From: Patescibacteria group bacterium
GTDB taxonomy: Bacteria > Patescibacteriota > UBA1384 > XYA2-FULL-43-10 > 1-14-0-10-43-13
Assembly (NCBI GenBank): GCA_041666325.1
Contig: JBAYHC010000001.1
Location: 137,708-201,707 of the forward strand
Direction: 5' to 3'
DNA length: 64,000 nucleotides
This document shows, piece after piece, positions 35,201 to 43,583 of this stretch. Below the pieces are notes generated by a model. The model did not search any database and was not told where the DNA came from. It saw only the letters and a program-made list of their open reading frames with translations. The stretch's first letter is position 1; every line of letters starts with the position of its first letter. The position numbers and the translations under genes are program-made.

Positions 35201-35792
35201 GGTAAAACTGCCAAAATCGGGCAAGAGGCCCTCTGTTTTCGATTTCTTTATTAATGACCTCTTGATGTTTCTTGAATTTATCATCGAGCGACCTCTCGAC
35301 GGCCTTGCGCTTCAACTCAAGCTCTTTCTGCTTACGATCCTCCTCTGCCTTGCGTCGCTCGACCTCTTCTCTCGTACGTTTTGCTTCCTCGCTCTCACCC
35401 TGTTGGTCATGTCTCTCACCGTCTGGCGTTCTATCCTGTGCAACATCAGGTGACACTGGCTGGCGCACAGGAGGTTCTACAGTGGCTTCAGGAGAAGCTT
35501 TGCCCGCCTCGTCGTTATTTAGGTCAGGGGCAGTAACACTTGCAGGCACCTCATCATCACCGGGACCTCCGATCACATCGTCTGGCATTCCGAGTGGCCC
35601 AACAGGAGGAATCTCCTCGTTGTTATCCGTAGTAGTATTTCTATCTTGGCCAGCATCAATGTTAGCGACTGCGCCAAACCTTCTATCGTCATCATTAGCA
35701 CCACCAGCAACACTCTCGGGCATACCCAACGGTCCACTCTGAAAAGCCCGCTTAATATCATCTGGCGTTAATCCGCCTTGATTTTCTGACAT
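32268..35792 (-). CDS. Very large (1174 aa) multi-TM glycine-zipper protein of unknown function
   Basis: Acidic disordered N-terminus with duplicated GPLGMP(E/D)xV(A/I)GG motif, then a coiled-coil region (EEAKRTREEVERRKAEEDRKQKELELKRK). Three Gly-zipper hydrophobic segments follow (e.g. WWGKIGVSVGLGVLGLKVAGLGAAGLAVNGVIQLGLGAL). The ~700-aa hydrophilic C-terminal region ends in Ser/Thr/Gln-rich sequence. Confidence 0.8.
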   Translation of the reverse strand: MSENQGGLTPDDIKRAFQSGPLGMPESVAGGANDDDRRFGAVANIDAGQDRNTTTDNNEEIPPVGPLGMPDDVIGGPGDDEVPASVTAPDLNNDEAGKASPEATVEPPVRQPVSPDVAQDRTPDGERHDQQGESEEAKRTREEVERRKAEEDRKQKELELKRKAVERSLDDKFKKHQEVINKEIENRGPLARFWQFYQRNHMARTVSGVLTVGMAAIPGGRLLANGVRLMTSFLGGATAVDAGWMKRQEAALTVDFGDCKDKDGNWDARKVSAKMKEMPKEKVVEVYARLEAISTAKGLKIDSSLLRKEQEDYKKYMGKRKGVVRGFDKLRDNFSKMPWWGKIGVSVGLGVLGLKVAGLGAAGLAVNGVIQLGLGALRSTRETSKLASDHSAIIEAARREMVRRSTDTDPAKRFNVETDFGKVAEVQEQFKTERKKSALVGGGKGVATVVALRIAFLLGKKLLGYDVDMGRDLLGMEKAAAAGAAHRVTEVSPQPSQDIAEPGNKVEVDVDGEAPAGVVPSDPGENKDVVHGSAPDTHGSGVPGDTDKTDVLHLREKVEGVLHEPGAGAARRLAQEIVDTHRKANPEAYPTTNHYFAAIRAEKEKLMESGYFDSRDESLIAATAKEMPGNITPGQDMKEVMAELPKYMPDDDKPFAPRTGGVESHHTHRSRVEVDEQEHPVKLASAPEVGDGHALGANEATEAQPSITVESFSEKTKLEFLPATKLDEYLKWLESNHSGSAPVPESYSSGTVISKDALGALMRGEAGQNSKYLSDIVGNMLLRMDNADRTGVNEIRVVADGDNRHLMFPVHSTAPGHPVLRWVNVEINHQSPIEIDKLIHENNQPSWRRAWEFITGRSNAGWYDQRLSELDKSRLETPATAVEEHDLITPPESPQAIEAASALADAQGLKDRADESLLRAREQLDWASSHPDEPAVHEGGAGYIENLRQRVLQAELEAAKSGQILEAAQKRLNLLSNPEPGVQEEMDTEREKHRVGFEQQGETNAESRAERLTHLRKEHEELISQRDRNDRLYYATNGPERLERLEKEMTGLEAEGGSGNVTVTTSDEGEDGAGAIPTPTIADQQPESFVRPSRTWEETTGAATSGQSTPTTPGRVETYDPESAQDQSQSQIVPSASSSSQRVEVSTEDEYIKQRHQFSQAKDGPEIEVPATKQ

Positions 35793-35800
35793 TTTCCCTC

Positions 35801-36130
35801 CTATTCGGCGAATTCTACTATGAGCTCATTACGCAGTTTCTCTGCTTCCTCTTCAAACATTCTTTCAAAACTTGGTACCTCCTCAAACAAAAACGACTCC
35901 ACTGCTTCAGTGTCGCCTGCTTCTGCCAGGTCAGAAAGTTTTTCCTTCTTGTCATCATCCAAACCCTCAGTTGCTCGCATAAGCGTACGTGTTTGAATGA
36001 GATCCATCATCTTTGCCAACAAAATACCCTTTTCCTCATCTGGCAGATCCGCTGCTCCAATAACAGAAAAAATATCATTTGAGATCTTCTCCTTGAAATC
36101 AACCTGCTGATCCGCATCATCTTGCGCCAT
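35801..36130 (-). CDS. Small highly acidic protein (109 aa), co-transcribed 8 nt upstream of the 1174-aa gene; candidate chaperone or partner
   Basis: MAQDDADQQVDFKEKISNDIFSVIGAADLPDEEKGILLAKMMDLIQ... It is rich in Asp and Glu. Confidence 0.65.
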   Translation of the reverse strand: MAQDDADQQVDFKEKISNDIFSVIGAADLPDEEKGILLAKMMDLIQTRTLMRATEGLDDDKKEKLSDLAEAGDTEAVESFLFEEVPSFERMFEEEAEKLRNELIVEFAE

Positions 36131-36180
36131 ACTCCTCCTTTTGAGTTCGCTGCAATTAAATATCTCTCAAATATTATACG

Positions 36181-37269
36181 TTATTTATCATTTTTTAGCA
36201 CTCTATCAACTGTTTCCTTAAACTCTTTTCTAAAGCGTTCATTGGAGAAGGTCTCCGCATGCTTACGTATTTTGCCGCTATCGAACTTGTCCGGCTTGAA
36301 ATTTCTCACAGTATCGATCAAACATTGGGGGGTCTGTTCCTCAAACAACACCCCGGTAACACCCGGAACAACGGTTTCAACTGTTCCACCCTTGCCATAG
36401 GCAATAACCGGCCGACCGGCGGCCATTGCCTCAACGGGAACGATGCCGAAGTCCTCCTCTGCAGCAAAAACAAAAGCCCGCGCCTCTGCATAGTATTTCT
36501 TGATTTCCTCATCACTCAAGAAACCGAGAAACTCAATATTTTTCTTCGCTCTTTGCTCCAAAGCGGCCTTGTCTGGCCCCTGGCCGATTATCTTCAGTGG
36601 CAAGCCGAGATCATTAAAGGCATCAATGACCAGATCGCACTTCTTGTAACCAATTAAACGACTGACGAAAAGATAATAATTGCCGACTTTGTCACTATCT
36701 ACCGGCTCAAATCGCTCGATACCAACAGGTGGATGAACAGTGATTGAGTCGCGGCCATAATACTTTTTAATCCGCTTGCCGACATAGTCGGAGTTAGCAA
36801 GAAAATGGTCAACGCGATCTGCGGCGACGCGATCCCACAATCTCATCTTGTGAGAGGTGATGTTTCTCAGCCAAGAGAACTTACCCTTAGATGCCCTAGG
36901 GTCAACACTGGCTTCCCACAAATATCTCGGTGGCGTATGGCAATACGAAACGTGTACCGTGTCTGGTCGAGTGATAACACCTTTCGCGGCCATATGGGTG
37001 CTTGAGATGACTAAGTCAAACTGAGAAAGATCAAATTGCTCAAAAGCAAATGGGGTAAATGGTATCAGCGCCTCTCGCCTGGTTTTCATGAGAGGAATTT
37101 TCTGCAAAAACGAAGTATGGATCTCAAAGTCAGCGAAGGGAGCAGCTTTGACTGGATCAAAAACGGAGGTGTAAATTGGAGCATCGGGATATATCTTCTT
37201 CAACTCAAGCAAGACTCGCTCAGAGCCAGCAACACTGGTTAACCATTCGTGTATTAGAGCAACTTTCAT
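36181..37269 (-). CDS. Glycosyltransferase family 1 (GT4-like)
   Basis: C-terminal GT1 signature FAAEEDFGIVPVEAMAAGRPVIAYGKGG. Confidence 0.85.
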   Translation of the reverse strand: MKVALIHEWLTSVAGSERVLLELKKIYPDAPIYTSVFDPVKAAPFADFEIHTSFLQKIPLMKTRREALIPFTPFAFEQFDLSQFDLVISSTHMAAKGVITRPDTVHVSYCHTPPRYLWEASVDPRASKGKFSWLRNITSHKMRLWDRVAADRVDHFLANSDYVGKRIKKYYGRDSITVHPPVGIERFEPVDSDKVGNYYLFVSRLIGYKKCDLVIDAFNDLGLPLKIIGQGPDKAALEQRAKKNIEFLGFLSDEEIKKYYAEARAFVFAAEEDFGIVPVEAMAAGRPVIAYGKGGTVETVVPGVTGVLFEEQTPQCLIDTVRNFKPDKFDSGKIRKHAETFSNERFRKEFKETVDRVLKNDK

Positions 37270-37353
37270 TTTGTAATCTTATTACGTGTCAGGTATTGCG
37301 TATCATAGCCCCGACAACACGATGCTTAATTCTTAATTCTTAATACTGAACAC

Positions 37354-38850
37354 CTACTTTGTCTCGACTGATTCTGTCACCGACTCCTTCACTTCCGTGC
37401 CACTTGGCTGAATTGTCTCCGGCGCCCTATACTCCGTCTTGCCGCCAAAGACCTCAGAAAACACCAATCCAACCGTTTTTAAAATGATCATAAGATCAAA
37501 GAGGACTGACCAATTCTCAATATAGTAAGTATCATATTTAACCCTCTCCTTGATTGATGTATCTCCCTTAAGACCGTTAACCTGGGCCCAACCAGTTATC
37601 CCTGACTTGACTCTGTGGCGGCGAAAATACTCTGGAATCTCTTTTTGAAATTGCTCAACAAATTTGGGCAACTCTGGCCTGGGACCAACAAAACTCATCG
37701 TGCCAAATAAAACGTTGAAGAATTGGGGCAACTCATCGATGTTGGTCTTGCGCAGCAAAAGCCCGAACGGAGTAATTCTGCTCTTCTCGTCAGCCTTTGT
37801 CGTCCATTTCTTACCCTTCTCACTATAATCACATTTGTCGTAGTACATCGAGCGGAATTTATAGAAATCAAAGGTCTGCCCATCACGACCAACACGCTTC
37901 TGCTTAAAGACGATCGGTCCAGAAGAGGTAAGTCTGGTGCCAACGGCGGCGAATATCAACAATGGTGACGAAAGGAGAAGCGCGACTAGCGAAAAGAGAA
38001 TGTCTAGAATTCGTTTTGTTACACGTCCCCAACCATCAAGTGGAATCGGCTGAAGAGCCATCACTGGAGTAGAGCCAACCAATCCAAGGGAAACATTCTT
38101 TGTGGCTAGTGCCAACAAATCCGGAACGTAACGAAATGAGGCATGGCGGTCAGCACATAGCTGCAAAATATCCAACCCATTAGACTTACGGATTGACCCG
38201 TCGGTGACTATAACGTCGTCAACTTGATATTTTGTCATCACATCACCCAGCTCATCCAGCGCCCCCAACACCTTGAGCCCATTCTTGCTTGGCCTACCAT
38301 CAATTGTCAAAATACCGCAAATATTATAACCACAATTCTTATCGCGGGAGATGAACTGAATTATCTTCTCGGCAGAGCCATTGTCGCCGATAACAAGAGT
38401 GTTGCTAACTCCGATTTTAAAACGGAAGAGATAACTTCTGATTGCTCTAATAAGCAACCGGCCGAAAGCAAGAGTGAAAACGCTTAAACCCCAGGTAAAG
38501 ATTAATATCAGACGAGAGAAAAAGAGAGAACGGGAAAGGAAGATGGCCACGATCAAGATTAACATAGCCGTTGATGACGCACTGAATATCCTGTACAACT
38601 CTTTCCAGAAACTCCTGGTATTACCGATGCCATAAAGATCATTTAGCCCCAACAAAATTATCCATGCAGGCATAAGATAGAGTGAGTACCGCAGATATTC
38701 TCGCAAACCGATATCAGAGAAGGCTGGCACCACCTCAAGATCAATTCTGATGTAATAAGCCAGAACAAAGGCGGTGATAATCATGACGATATCTACCGGA
38801 ATCTGAATTGAGGCAAAAAATAATTCTGAACGTTTCATGAATATAAACAA
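37354..38850 (-). CDS. Polyprenyl-phosphate sugar phosphotransferase (WbaP/EpsB-like bacterial sugar transferase)
   Basis: Multiple N-terminal TM helices. The C-terminal sugar-transferase domain carries DILFSLVALLLSSPLLIFAAVGTRLTSSGPIVFKQKRVGRDGQTFDFYKFRSM. Confidence 0.85.
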   Translation of the reverse strand: MFIFMKRSELFFASIQIPVDIVMIITAFVLAYYIRIDLEVVPAFSDIGLREYLRYSLYLMPAWIILLGLNDLYGIGNTRSFWKELYRIFSASSTAMLILIVAIFLSRSLFFSRLILIFTWGLSVFTLAFGRLLIRAIRSYLFRFKIGVSNTLVIGDNGSAEKIIQFISRDKNCGYNICGILTIDGRPSKNGLKVLGALDELGDVMTKYQVDDVIVTDGSIRKSNGLDILQLCADRHASFRYVPDLLALATKNVSLGLVGSTPVMALQPIPLDGWGRVTKRILDILFSLVALLLSSPLLIFAAVGTRLTSSGPIVFKQKRVGRDGQTFDFYKFRSMYYDKCDYSEKGKKWTTKADEKSRITPFGLLLRKTNIDELPQFFNVLFGTMSFVGPRPELPKFVEQFQKEIPEYFRRHRVKSGITGWAQVNGLKGDTSIKERVKYDTYYIENWSVLFDLMIILKTVGLVFSEVFGGKTEYRAPETIQPSGTEVKESVTESVETK

Positions 38851-39162
38851 ATAATTGATAGATGATTTGATCTGCCTGCCACGTACCGAACAGGCTCTGT
38901 CAGATGACCGGCCAGCAGAGATAACATGGGCCGACTATCGCATATCGACAATATAATCGAGACAGATGCAAAATTCAACACTCAAAGCAGAAAGAAAACG
39001 GTAGAGGGCAAAGAGAATAAGAGCAGGAACAAGCAGGTACAGCTAGGATACTTGTGCGTTCCTTGCCATCTCTTACTCTCTACATCCTGCATCCTAAAAT
39101 CTCCCCCCAATATGCAAAAATGCCCCGACAATTTTATTTGAGGGGACATCTTCGCAAAGAGC

Positions 39163-39257
39163 CTGTCTAACAGCTACCACCAATAGTCATAACCAACACC
39201 ATTTGACTAAAAGCTACTTACCTCCGCCATCAGCGGCAGTTTTCAGACAGGCTCTCA
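39163..39257. repeat. 11-bp perfect inverted repeat AGAGCCTGTCT / AGACAGGCTCT enclosing about 73 nt; a third related copy (ACAGGCTCTGT) lies at 38911-38925
   Basis: Read directly. It lies just downstream of the zinc-ribbon gene. Confidence 0.6.
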
Positions 39258-39284
39258 TAATCAAAAACAAAAACTTGGAAACTA

Positions 39285-39428
39285 CTACTTTGCTTTACCG
39301 ATACGGAATACCTTTGTGCCACAAGCTGGGCATGTGCCCTGGATGGCTGGCTTGCCGTTCTTCATTGTGATCTCTTGTGCGTTTGAGACGTCAACTTTCT
39401 TTCGGCACTTTACGCAATAAGCCTGCAT
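39285..39428 (-). CDS. Small zinc-ribbon protein (47 aa, two CxxC pairs)
   Basis: MQAYCVKCRKKVDVSNAQEITMKNGKPAIQGTCPACGTKVFRIGKAK. Not in the ORF track because it is under 60 aa. Confidence 0.5.
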   Translation of the reverse strand: MQAYCVKCRKKVDVSNAQEITMKNGKPAIQGTCPACGTKVFRIGKAK

Positions 39429-39816
39429 TTTATTTCACCTCCTTTCGCCTTTGATTATTGTTTAACTGCAACCCTCACTCTTGCGAGCTCACACATTGCG
39501 GTTACATTCACAATTTTATTTTCGAGCCTGCACTCCTGTCAAGCGAATTGCTGCTTTTGGCGAAGAAAAAACCAATTTCTGCTTTCACCTGAAAAGATTA
39601 TCTTTTGTAGGAAATATCTTTTTGTTATTTACTTTCACTCTTTTATCACTTGCTCTTTTGTTCTCACCCTGAGTTATCCCCAGGTAATCAAGACCAGCAG
39701 CGAAGTATTACCATGGGAATACAGCAAAACCCTAATATAGCCAGATACCGTATTTTTTGCCTTCAAGTGGTTTATTTCATCTGCTGCAATGATAATTTAG
39801 CAAAACTACTGATCTA

Positions 39817-40392
39817 TTATTCTGCAGTTTTACCGGTTGAGTCTCCCGCCTCATCATCCGATACAACAACATCATCTATTGATTCATCACTTTGTGACGT
39901 GCTGGACGAAAAATCAACCATCTGCGCCAGCTGCGACAAGCTCCTGAATCCGGAGTAAGACTTTCCCTGATAGATCCATGTCGGATAACCGGTAATACCC
40001 TTTGCGGCGCATTCGTCCGGATTCGCGTTCTCGCCGGATGCGTCGCATTCGACGTAATTGACATACTTAAACGCATCGCCAAAAGCCTTCTTCTGAGATT
40101 TGCAATGAGGGCACCAATACGCCCCATACATTACCGCTCCCCTCTGGGCCAAAAACTTGGCCAGCTTCTCCTTGTATTCAGCACTCTCTCCGCTTTCTCC
40201 ATCAGGAATATTGCTATTATCCATCCCTGAAGAATCCTGACTTACAGAATTGTTGGCAGATGCATCGCCAGAGCTGCTATCACTGCCTTTGCCCTTACCT
40301 GCACCAATTGCTATTCCGGCAACGACAATGACAACCAGAACGATTAGTCCAAACATTGCTCCCTTGTCTTTCACACCACTCCTTCCATTCAT
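39817..40392 (-). CDS. Membrane-anchored thioredoxin-fold protein (CPHC active site)
   Basis: An N-terminal TM. The Trx-like block carries AVMYGAYWCPHCKSQKKAF. Confidence 0.7.
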   Translation of the reverse strand: MNGRSGVKDKGAMFGLIVLVVIVVAGIAIGAGKGKGSDSSSGDASANNSVSQDSSGMDNSNIPDGESGESAEYKEKLAKFLAQRGAVMYGAYWCPHCKSQKKAFGDAFKYVNYVECDASGENANPDECAAKGITGYPTWIYQGKSYSGFRSLSQLAQMVDFSSSTSQSDESIDDVVVSDDEAGDSTGKTAE

Positions 40393-40492
40393 TTACTTAG
40401 ACCTCGCGCCCGACATATTTACGCCTCATCTTTGTCTTTGCCATATTAAATCATGCGTAGAAGCTTGTCAAAGTTACAAATTTGCACTTATC

Positions 40493-40523
40493 CACAAAAA
40501 GAGCCCCGGCAATGTGCCGAGGC
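40493..40523 (-). terminator. Terminator for the 40542-41261 gene (9-bp stem GCCTCGGCA/TGCCGGGGC plus TCTTTTTG)
   Basis: Read directly. The sequence TTATCCACA, which matches the DnaA-box consensus, overlaps at 40486-40494. Confidence 0.55.
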
Positions 40524-40541
40524 AAAGAATAATCAAGGCAA

Positions 40542-41261
40542 TCAAGCGATTGTCATGATCCAGATGTACCAAATGAGATATCCGTCCAAGAGAGCGTAAG
40601 TATGCACCAGTCTTCCTTTAATCATTGCCGTTACCGCCCCCATGATTGCAGACGCTGCCTGGTTGTCCCACGGTAGGACAACTCCGGATTGTTGCAACCG
40701 CCACTGCCGATCTTGGAGAGGTAATTCTTCTAACCGTTCTTTGATAGCATCTGGGTCAAATGTATCTACACAAACCCGAAAGACACGGCGATGCGACCCA
40801 CCGATAATAGTACTGGCATTCTCTTCTGCCTCCGGCGAAATACCGCTGAAGTCAAGAACGATTTCCGTCACCATGTCGTCAGCAGTAACGATCTGCGGAT
40901 GCTCAGCCGGGAAATAACCCAAAGTCGAGTTGCCAACTTCCATCCCCAGCTCCTGGCCATAAATCAGGTTCCCAATCACGGGAAAAGTCCGGATCCCCCG
41001 GCCAAGCCCAAACTTCCGTATTGCTTTAGCTAGCATCCCCTCCCAAGGGGCGCCCCAAGGCATCAGAATGTCCTTGCGCGACTTCTCCCACTCCGCCCGA
41101 TCAAATCCTAGCAAATCAAGGAAAGCATCAGGGCTATCGATTGTGTCGGGCACAACCCGATCAATGATCAGTGAGTTTGGCCCGCCCGAATAGCCGATGA
41201 ATCGCCTCACTGCCGCAACATTCACTCCGACCGAACCAGCAAGGTTCAAACACACATTCAT
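40542..41261 (-). CDS. Hypothetical protein (239 aa)
   Basis: No domain recognised. The hydrophobic C-terminus (YLIWYIWIMTIA) may be leader read-through; the start is uncertain. Confidence 0.45.
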   Translation of the reverse strand: MNVCLNLAGSVGVNVAAVRRFIGYSGGPNSLIIDRVVPDTIDSPDAFLDLLGFDRAEWEKSRKDILMPWGAPWEGMLAKAIRKFGLGRGIRTFPVIGNLIYGQELGMEVGNSTLGYFPAEHPQIVTADDMVTEIVLDFSGISPEAEENASTIIGGSHRRVFRVCVDTFDPDAIKERLEELPLQDRQWRLQQSGVVLPWDNQAASAIMGAVTAMIKGRLVHTYALLDGYLIWYIWIMTIA

Positions 41262-41444
41262 ACCACTTTCCCCCTCTCTGTGGTCGCGTGTCCTGATTCA
41301 CAATCATTATTTAATCACACTTTTCCCCACTTGTCCACTAGCAAGTCCACAACCGCTCGCATGGGTATTCTGTCACTTTTCTTCCTTGATCTCCCCAAAC
41401 AGAGTTCGGAAAGACACAGAGACTTAGACGTGCTCCTCCCTTCT

Positions 41445-41475
41445 ACTCTCTACTTTCTACTCTCTACTTTCTGGG
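41445..41475. repeat. Tandem heptamer repeat (TACT[C/T]TC) x4
   Basis: tactctc tactttc tactctc tactttc, read directly. Confidence 0.7.
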
Positions 41476-41477
41476 CA

Positions 41478-41506
41478 AAGAAAAAACGGGCTGGCTAGGC
41501 CCGTCT
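41478..41506 (-). terminator. Terminator for the 70%-GC gene (ACGGGC...GCCCGT plus T-run on the minus strand)
   Basis: Read directly. Confidence 0.6.
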
Positions 41507-41521
41507 CGGTATGTGCCGGTC

Positions 41522-41545
41522 TTCAACCGGTTTTTTGTTTGCCGT
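41522..41545 (+). terminator. Orphan plus-strand terminator-like hairpin (CCGGT-cttca-ACCGG-TTTTTTG) with no obvious upstream plus-strand gene
   Basis: Read directly. Confidence 0.35.
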
Positions 41546-41631
41546 AAATATGGCACCTTCCTCCTTGGAATGTCCCCCGAGGGGGAGCGGCCGCGTAGTT
41601 CGTGCGTCCGCTCCCCACTCAGGGCTGTGTG

Positions 41632-43188
41632 TCAGGCCGCGGCGCCGGCGGGCTCGCCGCGCTGCTTGCGATTGCGGCCGTTGGCGCTCGGCTTGGCGAT
41701 GCCCTCGAGGAGCTCCTTGTCCGCGGGGGACAGGATGTCCCCGATTGTGGCGAGCTTGTCGTCCCCGGCTACCAACCGCACCGTCGGGCCGTCGTCGCCC
41801 TGCTGCACCTCGTCGATGGGCTCGGTGTCGCTGGGCCCGGCCTCTTCGGTGAGGCGGGCTTCTTCGGCGACACGCCGCCTGGCGGCACCGCGGCCGCCGA
41901 TCGGCTTCTCGCGCTCGGCCTCGGTCTTGCGGTCCTTGCCTTTGCCGCTGCCCTTGTCAGGTGCGGACTGAGGCTCGGACGCTGGTGCCGTGGCCGGTGC
42001 TGCGGTCTTCTCTCCCCGGATCTGGGCCAGCAGGCGCTCGCGCCGGGCATCGGCCTCCTGCTTCTGGGCACGGAGGGCCTCGGCAGCAGCTTTGTCGGCC
42101 TCCTCTTTGGCCTGGAGACGCGCTCCGATGGTGCGGCCGGCGGCTTCGCCCTCGCGGTCGAGGGCAGCGAAGGTCTGCCAGGCCGGCTCAAGCGCCGGAA
42201 CGACCTCGGTGAAGGCGCCGTCACTGAAGGCGTCGCGCCCGTTGCGCAGAGCGCCGACGATCGCACCCCACTCGCTGGAGTGGCGGCCGTCGAACGCCCC
42301 GGTCTCCTTGCGGCTGTCCAGCTCCCACTGCGTCTCCCAGATAGCGAGCTGGGCCCGGGCGAAGCTGACGACGTCCTCTTCGGGCACGTCATGGCACATG
42401 GCCACAACGCTGAGGGCCATCATAGTCGCCTCGCGGAGCTTGTCGGGGTCTTCGGCCTTGCGCGCCTCATCGAACAGATCCTGGGTTGCCTGCACGAGAT
42501 CACCCAGATCCTCCTCGCGGCCAAGCTCACGGACAGCATGGCGCGCGATGCCGAGGGCCTTGCGCGGCGCCCTCTCGGCCGGCGGCGGCGGGGTGTTGTC
42601 CCGCTCCTGCCGCTGCTCGCGCACTGGCTGACGCTGCTCGGCCACGATCCGGCCAGTCGGCTCCTCCACCATAATGGTCGGAGCCGTAACGTCCCCCGCC
42701 TTGCGGTAGGGGACGACGCGCGCGGCCTTGCGGGCGCTGCGCACCTCGTCCAGAACCTCGCGAGCCTGGCGCAGAGCCTCGTATCCGGCCCTGTCGTCAC
42801 CATTGCGGTCTGCCCTGCGGGCGGCGCCGATGGCGCTGGCGATCAGGCCGAAATTCCGGTTCCGCTTCTCTTCCCAGCCGGGGAAGGCCCCGGCGGCCTT
42901 GCCCTCGTCGAAGTCTGCCTGGGTGGCCTCGATGGCCACGCCAAGCGCGGAGCGGCGGACGTCGGGTACGTCGGGGCCGCGATACGATCGCGGCTCGTAG
43001 TCCCGACCCTGCGGTTCCTCTTCGCCCTCGATGGCGACGAGGAACTGAGTCAGGGCCCCCATCACTTTCGATACGCGGCCGCTCCGCGTGCGGACCGGCT
43101 CAGCCGAACGATAGTCATCACGCCGGGGCTCCTGCCCCTGGCGTCCTCGCGGTGCAAACGGATCGAACCTGTTGTCGTTACCCATTGA
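41632..43188 (-). CDS. Hypothetical protein (about 518 aa) on a roughly 70% GC island; Glu/Asp/Arg/Ala-rich, no recognised domain
   Basis: Composition on the minus strand (E, D, K, R, A balanced) is protein-like. The fully overlapping plus-strand ORF is L/G/A/R-rich, as expected for an antisense artefact. GGAGG lies 9 nt upstream of the ATG at 43186-43188. The ORF-track start at 43521 extends into AT-rich leader. Confidence 0.55.
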   Translation of the reverse strand, partial: SMGNDNRFDPFAPRGRQGQEPRRDDYRSAEPVRTRSGRVSKVMGALTQFLVAIEGEEEPQGRDYEPRSYRGPDVPDVRRSALGVAIEATQADFDEGKAAGAFPGWEEKRNRNFGLIASAIGAARRADRNGDDRAGYEALRQAREVLDEVRSARKAARVVPYRKAGDVTAPTIMVEEPTGRIVAEQRQPVREQRQERDNTPPPPAERAPRKALGIARHAVRELGREEDLGDLVQATQDLFDEARKAEDPDKLREATMMALSVVAMCHDVPEEDVVSFARAQLAIWETQWELDSRKETGAFDGRHSSEWGAIVGALRNGRDAFSDGAFTEVVPALEPAWQTFAALDREGEAAGRTIGARLQAKEEADKAAAEALRAQKQEADARRERLLAQIRGEKTAAPATAPASEPQSAPDKGSGKGKDRKTEAEREKPIGGRGAARRRVAEEARLTEEAGPSDTEPIDEVQQGDDGPTVRLVAGDDKLATIGDILSPADKELLEGIAKPSANGRNRKQRGEPAGAAA

Positions 43189-43583
43189 ACACAAACCTCC
43201 ACTCCCCTGCCCGACCAAACGGGCATTGCCGGGGAGCTGACCGAAAGTGCCAGCCGTCACCATTGAAGCGGCTAGACTGGCGGGTGTAATGAAAACTTTG
43301 AAAGTGAACTCTTCGGCAAGCCGGCGAAAATCATGCCGGTCGCGAACAAAGTCACTCACTAAAGTTGCTGCTATATTAGCATATTTCCACGTCTCTGTCA
43401 AGACCCATGGCCGTGAATCGAGACGAATCCAGTTAATATCGCCTGTATCGCTAAATATTATGCTGGATATGCACGATCGACGATATCTAGCATAAGACCA
43501 ATTGATAGTACGCAAAAACATGCAAGCATTAAAATGCTTACCGCTGATCAGGTAGTATTATCGCAAAAAAAAGAAATGGGTTA

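Noticed and set aside
40486-40494. DnaA boxes (TTATCCACA at 40486, TGTGGATAA at 45787) suggesting an origin near gyrB
   Set aside because: They are isolated single 9-mers at roughly chance frequency. There is no cluster and no dnaA or dnaN nearby.
41602-43188. 528-aa plus-strand ORF overlapping the 70%-GC gene
   Set aside because: Its composition is L/G/A/R-rich, typical of the antisense frame of a high-GC gene. The minus-strand frame has a proper RBS and protein-like composition.
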